A stretch of DNA of 64,000 nt from NCBI GenBank assembly GCA_041499035.1, contig JBGQJK010000002.1:6571-70570 (forward strand). The letters run 5' to 3'. The notes beneath the pieces are model-generated. The model searched no databases. It was not told where the DNA came from and worked only from the letters and a program-made list of their open reading frames with translations. Positions 1 to 6,339 of the stretch are shown here, piece after piece (the stretch's first letter is position 1; every line of letters starts with the position of its first letter). Source of the stretch: Patescibacteria group bacterium. Its GTDB lineage: Bacteria > Patescibacteriota > Microgenomatia > UBA8517. A program made the position numbers and the translations under genes.

Positions 1-89
1 TTCCGTCCGGCCTTTTTAAGTTCGATCCTCTCTCCTATAATCGAAACAATATCAGTTTTACTTTTTACTTCCTGCACCTGATCGTTCAT
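1..89 (-). CDS. dnaG: DNA primase, 5' end only (runs off the window)
   Basis: Manual translation from ATG at 89: MNDQVQEVKSKTDIVSIIGERIELKKAGR, the typical DnaG N-terminus before the CHC2 zinc finger. Confidence 0.85.
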   Translation of the reverse strand, partial: MNDQVQEVKSKTDIVSIIGERIELKKAGR

Positions 90-154
90 TTCAAATGTAG
101 TTTACCATAGAAAGACCGAAGAAAACCTGAAGTAGTCCGCGCCTAATGTTGCCC

Positions 155-346
155 CTAGTCTTTCCCCAAACCTGACTGAGTCCCTAGCTGTGGGGTCGGG
201 GTTACAGCAGCAGGAAGGTCGACTTTAGTTTCCGCAGATTGCGTTTTGTTTAAACTCAAGTTGTAGCGCCCCGTCTCTCCGCCCCCGTGCGAAGTAGCAA
301 CGACTTTTGCTAGTTCAAGTAAATAATTTATCCTGTCTGCCTTCAT
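155..346 (-). CDS. Small hypothetical protein
   Basis: ORF from ATG at 346 (MKADRINYLLELAK...); no recognisable motif. Confidence 0.3.
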   Translation of the reverse strand: MKADRINYLLELAKVVATSHGGGETGRYNLSLNKTQSAETKVDLPAAVTPTPQLGTQSGLGKD

Positions 347-399
347 GACCTTAGTTATATACCAAATCGGGATGATATTGTCAAACAACTGAACGAAAA

Positions 400-909
400 C
401 TACTTGAAAAATTTCTTTTTATCAATCCTCTTCCCCTTTAAAATCGCATCAACCATTTTTATCTCTTCTCCAATTCCGGCTATCAGATCATATTTTTCCG
501 AGTCTTTTGCCGGAAGCCAAGCAAAATCAATACTTTCCGAATTGAGTCTAATACTTCCCTTTTTTATCGGTGCATAAAAACTGAAAGCAATTACCGGAAT
601 GTTATCGGGCCTGATAAAGGTAAGGTCTAAAAGATAGTCAATTTTGCCTACCTCAACACCAACTTCTTCCATAATTTCCCTCCTCAAACTATCTTCCAGG
701 GCAAAATACCAAACTTTATCTTTTTTGGTTGTGGGGGCTTTCTTTACATAGTCATCAATAGTCAGCCCCCCACCCGGTACTGTCCACTTCCCCGGCCAGA
801 CTTTTTTATCCAAACTTCTTTTGGTAATCAGATACCTGCTGTCTTTATAAATTATCGCTGTGGAGACAATTCTATGGAGCTCTCTGTTTTTAATCTGCCC
901 ATATTTCAT
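400..909 (-). CDS. Nudix hydrolase
   Basis: PGKWTVPGGG...LRREIMEEVGV Nudix box; TGnTAAAAT 6 nt before the ATG. Confidence 0.85.
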   Translation of the reverse strand: MKYGQIKNRELHRIVSTAIIYKDSRYLITKRSLDKKVWPGKWTVPGGGLTIDDYVKKAPTTKKDKVWYFALEDSLRREIMEEVGVEVGKIDYLLDLTFIRPDNIPVIAFSFYAPIKKGSIRLNSESIDFAWLPAKDSEKYDLIAGIGEEIKMVDAILKGKRIDKKKFFK

Positions 910-947
910 AAAATAATTTTAACACTTTACCCGAAGAAAAGGAGAAG

Positions 948-1661
948 TTATACCTCAAAATCCAAAATTAACGGGAGGTGGTCGGAAATTTCCAAATATG
1001 GAACCTCAAATTTTTTAACTTTAACCTCGGGGGAAATAAAGCAATAATCTGCAAAGTACTGTTTTCCAAAATACTGCTTATCCTTTTTTGTATGGTCAGC
1101 TAAATCATTCCTTGTTGTTCTAACTTTAAAATCCTTGATTAGATTTTTATAGCCGGAGGCCTCAAAAACCTTTACGCTTTCTGTATCAGGCATTAGATTA
1201 AAATCACCCCCAATTATCTTTGGGCCAGTAAATTCATGAGCGAAGTCAATAATTTTTGCGGACTGTGTAAGCCGATCTTCCGAATCGAGTTTGTCACCTG
1301 GATATGCCATCCCCTGAAGATTTAAAACTGTCGTGCTTCCTAAATCAACCGCCTGAACAAAAGCAGGAACTTCCGTACCTCCAACACTCTCAAGAGCATC
1401 ATAAAGAAGTAACTTCTTGTAATCTAATACCAGAAGCTCCTTATTAACAAAAACTACTTGTGAGCTTTTAGAGTTTTTCAAACTATCATCAAAAGCAAAA
1501 TATCCTCCAAAATTGTCTAATAGAAATTGTAATTTTTTGTATAAAGTGGGTGTAACTTCTGAAAGACAAAAAGTACTTGTGGCCGAAGATTGTTTTGAAA
1601 TAAATTGAAGTAGCCCTCTCTCCACCTTTCCGCTCCAAGTATTTAGAAAAATAGCTCTCAT
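948..1661 (-). CDS. Endonuclease/exonuclease/phosphatase (EEP) family protein
   Basis: LN..., CLSEV, GGDFN, ADYCF and SDHLP motifs. Confidence 0.85.
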   Translation of the reverse strand: MRAIFLNTWSGKVERGLLQFISKQSSATSTFCLSEVTPTLYKKLQFLLDNFGGYFAFDDSLKNSKSSQVVFVNKELLVLDYKKLLLYDALESVGGTEVPAFVQAVDLGSTTVLNLQGMAYPGDKLDSEDRLTQSAKIIDFAHEFTGPKIIGGDFNLMPDTESVKVFEASGYKNLIKDFKVRTTRNDLADHTKKDKQYFGKQYFADYCFISPEVKVKKFEVPYLEISDHLPLILDFEV

Positions 1662-2155
1662 TTCTTGTTTTGGATCAACTTTTTCGCCTCTTTTAAAAAC
1701 GTCAGATCTCTTTTCTGAATAAAATGTCCTTGGTAATCTTCAGGTTTATCATTTTCGGTCTTCTTAATTGCTTCGTCCAAAGATAACCAGATAAGTCTAA
1801 AGCCTTCGTCTATCTCATCTTTTTCAAAATCCGGATTTCCTTTAGACAATATCTCCCCGAAGTAACAATACGATGTTTGTTTCAAATTAAATTCGGATCG
1901 AAACTCAACGACTTTGCCTATTTCTTTGCCTACTTTGATAGTGCTTCCAACTTCTTCCTTTACCTCCCGTACCAAGGCCTGAATTTGACCCTCCCCCTGC
2001 TCAATTCCACCACCAGGAAGTTTGTGATAGTTATTTTTGGAAACAAAAAGAAGCGGAATCAAGTTCTCACTATCAAATAAAACCGCCCTCGAAGCCTCAC
2101 GTGTTTTATGGTCTTTAGTAAAATCTTTATCCTTTATTGTTTTTAAAAGCCTCAT
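1658..2155 (-). CDS. Nudix hydrolase
   Basis: LPGGGIEQGE...LVREVKEEVG; start moved to ATG 2155 because the longer ORF runs through tRNA-Ser. Confidence 0.85.
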   Translation of the reverse strand: MRLLKTIKDKDFTKDHKTREASRAVLFDSENLIPLLFVSKNNYHKLPGGGIEQGEGQIQALVREVKEEVGSTIKVGKEIGKVVEFRSEFNLKQTSYCYFGEILSKGNPDFEKDEIDEGFRLIWLSLDEAIKKTENDKPEDYQGHFIQKRDLTFLKEAKKLIQNKK

Positions 2156-2164
2156 AAACGAATG

Positions 2165-2247
2165 CGGAGGAGGCGAGACTCGAACTCGCGAGGGCTTGCG
2201 CCCGCACGCTTTCCAAGCGTGTACCATAGCCGCTAGGTGACTCCTCC
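2165..2247 (-). tRNA. tRNA-Ser (GGA)
   Basis: Acceptor GGAGGAG/CTCCTCC, anticodon arm CACGC-TTGGAAA-GCGTG, long variable arm, GTTCGAGTC T-loop; CCA not encoded. Confidence 0.95.
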
Positions 2248-2272
2248 AGAGTCTGTATTATACCCTAAAATG

Positions 2273-2344
2273 TGCCTCTGGACAGATTCGAACTGTCATC
2301 AAAGGATCCGGAATCCCTCATTCTATCCGTTAAACTACAGAGGC
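2273..2344 (-). tRNA. tRNA-Arg (CCG)
   Basis: GCCTCTG/CAGAGGC acceptor, AGGGA-TTCCGGA-TCCTT anticodon arm, GACAG-TTCGAAT-CTGTC T-arm. Confidence 0.93.
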
Positions 2345-2875
2345 AAGTAGGTCTTTAGCTTTAACAAGTATCTGTTTCTCCCCACCGAAGGAAAGCTGTT
2401 TTTTAGCTTCCTCAAACGGAAGCCAAACAACTTCCTCAGTCTCCCAGTCATGCCCTTCGGGTAAATCTTTTATATACTCCATTAAGTAAAAGGTTACAAA
2501 TTTTAATATCTTCCCCACCTTGACATCGGTAAAAGAATACATTGAGGTGCCTATTTTTTTGACTATTTTGGCCTCAACTCCGGCTTCTTCCTTGACCTCT
2601 CTAATCGCCGCGTTTTCAAGAGAGGCTACATCAGCTTTAATTTTTCCGGAAGCCATTGGTCCCGGAAGATCACCGTCAGTATCGTCGATTCGCCCCTTGG
2701 GAAGCATCCAATATTGTTTTGGATAAAGGGCGCTAGCCGTGGTTTTTCTGATAAGCCAGAGTATTTGGCCATTATCTATTTTGAAGACTACTCCCCCAGA
2801 GGAAAACTCTCTGGTAACGGAGCTTTTTAGAACATCACCACTTCCTGTTTTTTGAGATTGTGTGTTTTTTCCCAT
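2330..2875 (-). CDS. Nudix hydrolase (3' end overlaps tRNA-Arg)
   Basis: SSGGVVF, WMLPKG...AAIREVKEEAGV Nudix box with an insertion. Confidence 0.85.
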   Translation of the reverse strand: MGKNTQSQKTGSGDVLKSSVTREFSSGGVVFKIDNGQILWLIRKTTASALYPKQYWMLPKGRIDDTDGDLPGPMASGKIKADVASLENAAIREVKEEAGVEAKIVKKIGTSMYSFTDVKVGKILKFVTFYLMEYIKDLPEGHDWETEEVVWLPFEEAKKQLSFGGEKQILVKAKDLLASVV

Positions 2876-3294
2876 TCTTTTAGAACGTCCTTCGCGCCTT
2901 TTAGCATGTCCTTTTCCCTTTTAAGACCCAGTCTTTTTAAAGCTTCGCCAAAATCCAGCCATTTAAATTGATCAAAGCCAATCAGCTCGCTGCTCCCACC
3001 TTTTTGCAACATTAAATAATAATAAAACTTTTGGGGAATTGATTTGGCATTAACAATTGTTGTTCCAGATGAGCGTCCTGCTTCTTCTAATACCCTTGCC
3101 GCCATTCCACCCTGCTCACTGGCCAAACGGATTGCGGCTCTGACAGAAGATTCCCCTTTCCTTACAGTCACTTTGGGAATCTCCCAATCGGGAGCCTCTC
3201 TCTGTTTCACCAATAAAAACTGCCGCTTGCCGCGGTTCTCTCTAAAGAGCACTGCCCCGCCTATTACAATTTGTTGATTTTTTCCGTTTTTCAT
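2827..3294 (-). CDS. Nudix-fold protein with degenerate Nudix box
   Basis: WEIPK...GESSVRAAIRLASEQGG (REUXEE replaced by RLASEQ); FKWLDFGEALKRL C-terminal motif. Confidence 0.75.
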   Translation of the reverse strand: MKNGKNQQIVIGGAVLFRENRGKRQFLLVKQREAPDWEIPKVTVRKGESSVRAAIRLASEQGGMAARVLEEAGRSSGTTIVNAKSIPQKFYYYLMLQKGGSSELIGFDQFKWLDFGEALKRLGLKREKDMLKGAKDVLKEWEKTHNLKKQEVVMF

Positions 3295-3362
3295 TTTGTT
3301 TTTATGTTCTCGTCTGCCCGAAATTGTACAACAATTTCGAGAGGAGTAATAAACTTGCGTAA

Positions 3363-3389
3363 GTTTCCAAAACTTTCGTTTTGAGAAAC
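3363..3389. terminator. Hairpin downstream of tRNA-Ser(CGA); possible terminator or processing stem
   Basis: GTTTC-CAAAAC-TTTC-GTTTTG-A-GAAAC inverted repeat; no clear U-tract. Confidence 0.3.
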
Positions 3390-3415
3390 TGCTAGCAACG
3401 TTTGATTACGACGAG

Positions 3416-3500
3416 CGGAGGGTACAGGATTTGAACCTGTGTAGGGATTACTCCCTCGAGTTTTCGAAACTCGTGCAATTGGCCGCTATGCGAACCCTCC
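3416..3500 (-). tRNA. tRNA-Ser (CGA)
   Basis: GGAGGGT/ACCCTCC acceptor, CGAGT-TTCGAAA-ACTCG anticodon arm, long variable arm, GGTTCAAATCC. Confidence 0.95.
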
Positions 3501-3510
3501 TCGCTTAGTG

Positions 3511-3582
3511 TGCCCTCGATCAGAATTGAACTGATATCTTAGGTTCCGCAAACCCATACTCTATCCGTTGAGCTACGAGGGC
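3511..3582 (-). tRNA. tRNA-Arg (GCG)
   Basis: GCCCTCG/CGAGGGC acceptor, TGGGT-TTGCGGA-ACCTA anticodon arm, ATCAG-TTCAATT-CTGAT T-arm. Confidence 0.9.
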
Positions 3583-3584
3583 TC

Positions 3585-3663
3585 ATTTGACTCTCCGCAG
3601 GCTCATACTCTACTGCGAGCCCTCGAGCCAGCAAGCTCTGCTTATCCGTTAAGCTACGGGTGC
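3585..3663 (-). pseudogene. Relic 5' half of a tRNA-Arg(GCG) with an insertion in the D-loop
   Basis: GCACCCG-TA-GCTT-AACGGATA-[insert]-GAGT-A-TGAGC-CTGCGGA aligns to the adjacent tRNA-Arg; no T-arm or 3' acceptor strand. Confidence 0.7.
3611..3644. mobile_element. TA-flanked miniature palindromic element, copy 1
   Basis: TA-CTGCGAGCCCTCGAGCCAGCAAGCTCTGCT-TA; shares AGCAAGCTCYGCTTAT with 20570-20585. Confidence 0.55.
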
Positions 3664-3667
3664 AAGT

Positions 3668-4225
3668 CTATTTGTTCCCAGACAGTTTTTGTGTAAACCA
3701 ATCTGCGAGCTTATCAAGCCCAACAGTGGGTACTTCCTCATATGGAATGTAGGCAGAAACCTCTCTTTTTAAACTATCTTTAATTTCGGTATTTATTACA
3801 AGCTCAATTCGCCCCGGAATTAAAAATGTTTCAAGAATTATAACCTCGCTCCCGCTCCTCTTTCTAAACCGAAACCGGGTAAGCGTTTGCCACTCTGTCA
3901 GCTTGCCTGCAATTTTTACGCCTTTGGTAGTTATTTTGTATTCAATGTTTTCCGGCGGTACTGTCGAAAGAACATAATATAAAAACACCAGTGCAACTAT
4001 CAAAATAACAGGCATAATTCCCTCAGCCAGAAAAAGAACCAAGCTGATAATGCCTGCAATTGCAAAAACCGTTGTATAAAACTGACGGTCGCGCTTCATA
4101 AACGGCCTTGCCGGCGCTATCCATATAAGCAAATCGCGCTCAGGCTCACGCCTGACAACAACAGTCTGCGGCTCTTTATTTAAAGTGCTTTGATTGGACT
4201 TTTTTTCTTCTTTGGCAGCATCCAT
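3668..4225 (-). CDS. Conserved two-TM membrane protein
   Basis: Two hydrophobic segments then a beta-rich tail (YKITTKGVKI); start at ATG 4225, 9 nt after TATAAT. Confidence 0.75.
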   Translation of the reverse strand: MDAAKEEKKSNQSTLNKEPQTVVVRREPERDLLIWIAPARPFMKRDRQFYTTVFAIAGIISLVLFLAEGIMPVILIVALVFLYYVLSTVPPENIEYKITTKGVKIAGKLTEWQTLTRFRFRKRSGSEVIILETFLIPGRIELVINTEIKDSLKREVSAYIPYEEVPTVGLDKLADWFTQKLSGNK

Positions 4226-4273
4226 ACCGACCTTATTATACCTCAAAACCTGCTATAATTGCAGTGCCTAAAA

Positions 4274-4361
4274 GGAGGATATGCCGAGCGGCTAAGGCAA
4301 AGGTTTGCTAAACCTTGGCCACGCAAGTGGCCGGTGGGTTCGACTCCCTCATCCTCCGCCA
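4274..4361 (+). tRNA. tRNA-Ser (GCT)
   Basis: GGAGGAT/ATCCTCC acceptor, AAGGT-TTGCTAA-ACCTT anticodon arm, long variable arm, encoded CCA. Confidence 0.95.
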
Positions 4362-4362
4362 T

Positions 4363-4444
4363 GGTGGGCGGGCAGGACGGTAATGCGCGGGTCTTGAAAA
4401 CCCGTGAGCGCAAGCTCTAACAGGTTCGACCCCTGTGCCCACCG
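4363..4444 (+). tRNA. tRNA-Ser (TGA)
   Basis: GGTGGGC/GCCCACC acceptor, CGGGT-CTTGAAA-ACCCG anticodon arm, long variable arm. Confidence 0.93.
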
Positions 4445-4445
4445 C

Positions 4446-5126
4446 TTACCGTGCAATCGTCATTCCCCAAACTTTTTTAACACCTCCGTGTTTTAGCACT
4501 TTTGCGGCCTCGTGGAGGGTAGAGCCCGTGGTAAAAATGTCATCGAAAAGCAGTATATCGGCAATAGTATGTTGTATATAGGAAGGATTAAGATAAAAGG
4601 CCCCTTTGAGATTATGTTTACGCTCCTCAACTGACAATTCAACCTGAGAAGAGGTAGATTTATGCTTTATTAAAAGATCAGGATTAAATCCCCACCCCAT
4701 CTCTTTAGCTACCAACTTGCCGATTTCTACTGATTGGTTAAACCCGCGTACGTTTTGCCTGTGCCAATGAATTGGAATGGGAACAAGGGAATTAGTATTT
4801 GGTATGTAGTATTTAGCATATTGGGACCTAAGGGTATCCAAAAAAGCAGAAGATAGCTCACGGCCAACTTCGGTGGAGTATTTAAATTTTAGTGCCAATA
4901 TAGCCTTCTTAATTACACCTTCATATTTCCAGATAGAAGTCAGGCCGTCCAGACCATACTTTCTCCTACATTTGATGTGCGTAAAACCGTCAATTGACGC
5001 CTTTTCGCAATAAGGACAGGCCGGCTTGAGTATTCTGACCTTGCTCAAACAATTCTCACAAATATATTTGCCTTCTTTTCCACAGTCCAAACAAGCTTTC
5101 GGGAAAATCAAATTAAGTAGGTCCAT
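4446..5126 (-). CDS. comF: ComF family protein (double zinc ribbon plus PRTase domain)
   Basis: CxxC pairs, VPIPIH...RGFNQS, LLFDDIFTTGST. Confidence 0.92.
   Translation of the reverse strand: MDLLNLIFPKACLDCGKEGKYICENCLSKVRILKPACPYCEKASIDGFTHIKCRRKYGLDGLTSIWKYEGVIKKAILALKFKYSTEVGRELSSAFLDTLRSQYAKYYIPNTNSLVPIPIHWHRQNVRGFNQSVEIGKLVAKEMGWGFNPDLLIKHKSTSSQVELSVEERKHNLKGAFYLNPSYIQHTIADILLFDDIFTTGSTLHEAAKVLKHGGVKKVWGMTIAR
4792..4819. repeat. Degenerate 7-bp tandem repeat x4 inside comF
   Basis: ttagtat-ttggtat-gtagtat-ttagcat. Confidence 0.6.
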
Positions 5127-5143
5127 TGAGGTACAATATAAGT

Positions 5144-5578
5144 ATGAAATTATTCAACAAAAGAGCAAGATTTGAATATGAACTCACAGGAGAGGGAGTT
5201 GAGGCCGGATTGTCCCTAAAGGGAGCCGAGGCTAAATCTATCCGCGAAGGCCGGGGGGATTTGTCCAATTCTTTCGCAAAAATCATGGGTAATGAAATTT
5301 ATTTGGTCAATGCCAACATCCCGGCACAAGGGCTGGAAAAATATGACTCTACCCGCACCAGAAAACTCCTTTTGCACCACCAGGAGATACTGTCGCTAGG
5401 AACAAAAATGAAGCAAAAAAAGTTGCAAATTGTGCCTCTACGGCTGTATAATAAGGGTCGCTTAATCAAGCTCTATCTAGAGCTAGGCAAGCCTAAAAAG
5501 CAGTTTCAGAAGAAGGAGGCAATTAAGCGCCACGATATAAAGCGAGATATTGAAGGTGAATTTAAAGCTTCGCTTTAA
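5144..5578 (+). CDS. smpB: SsrA-binding protein
   Basis: NKRARFEY, EAGLSLKGAEAKSIR, RTRKLLLH; immediately upstream of tmRNA. Confidence 0.96.
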   Translation: MKLFNKRARFEYELTGEGVEAGLSLKGAEAKSIREGRGDLSNSFAKIMGNEIYLVNANIPAQGLEKYDSTRTRKLLLHHQEILSLGTKMKQKKLQIVPLRLYNKGRLIKLYLELGKPKKQFQKKEAIKRHDIKRDIEGEFKASL

Positions 5579-5581
5579 ATC

Positions 5582-5942
5582 GGGGACGATCGGTTTCGAC
5601 GGGAAGCTCTTTGACAAAACGGCAAGCAGACTTTGACTCTAGGTCTTTGATAAGAGTTAAAAAACAAAAGCTACGAATTTATTCGAAGCTCCAGCCTACA
5701 ACGTAGTTTACGCTTAAGCTGGCGTCCTGAGATCTGATTCTCGATCGGGTCGACTGGGTGTAAACCATTCGAGATGCTGTTTAAGCTTTAATGATTTAAA
5801 GGTTTAAACAAAAGACAAATAAATCTTACCTTGAAATTCCTTTTTGGCTAGATAAGTTCAGGGAAAATTTAAAAACCAAATAAGCTTGTAGAAGTTTTGT
5901 TATTATGTTTTTCGGACGCGGGTTCGATTCCCGCCGTCTCCA
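5582..5942 (+). ncRNA. ssrA: tmRNA
   Basis: 5' GGGGACGATCGGTTTCGAC, 3' GGACGCGGGTTCGATTCCCGCCGTCTCCA with G3:U70; probable tag ORF 5670-5717 ATNLFEAPAYNVVYA*. Confidence 0.95.
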
Positions 5943-6036
5943 CTTAAAAAATAATATTAGTTCTGAACTCTCATTTCAAAATCGTATTTTTATGCACCCT
6001 GGTGCAGGTGGTATTTATGCTAACGAGGGACATAGT

Positions 6037-6324
6037 ATGACAGTTAACGGCAACGGGAGTAGTAATTTTCAGGGAATCCATTTTCATCATTCAGAACCTC
6101 TAACGGTAATCAAGTCAACGGCACTGCTCAGATTAAAAGGATTAATTCGCGACAACGAATCGGTTGTCGAGTTAAGAAGTTGTGGAACAGATAACAGAGG
6201 CGTTGAGGGATTCGCCGCGCGGACAGATAAAATGTTCGACAGTTATGAGCCTCACGTGTCGTTAGGCGATCTCTTTGATTCGATAAACACACTTCGCAAT
6301 TCCTCACTTTGGCCGAAGAAATAA
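6037..6324 (+). CDS. Hypothetical protein
   Basis: ORF filling the gap after ssrA; start uncertain. Confidence 0.4.
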   Translation: MTVNGNGSSNFQGIHFHHSEPLTVIKSTALLRLKGLIRDNESVVELRSCGTDNRGVEGFAARTDKMFDSYEPHVSLGDLFDSINTLRNSSLWPKK

Positions 6325-6339
6325 GTATCTCGAACAAGA

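Noticed and set aside
110-330. RNase P RNA upstream of dnaG
   Set aside because: No GAGGAAAGUCC or matching 3' P4 motif on either strand
2156-2227. N-terminal ORF extensions through RNA genes (also 53331-53396 and 5905-5942)
   Set aside because: They overlap tRNA-Ser, tRNA-Cys and tmRNA; downstream ATGs give sensible starts
5943-6339. Island integrated at the tmRNA 3' end
   Set aside because: Only one short orphan ORF; no integrase and no duplicated ssrA 3' end seen
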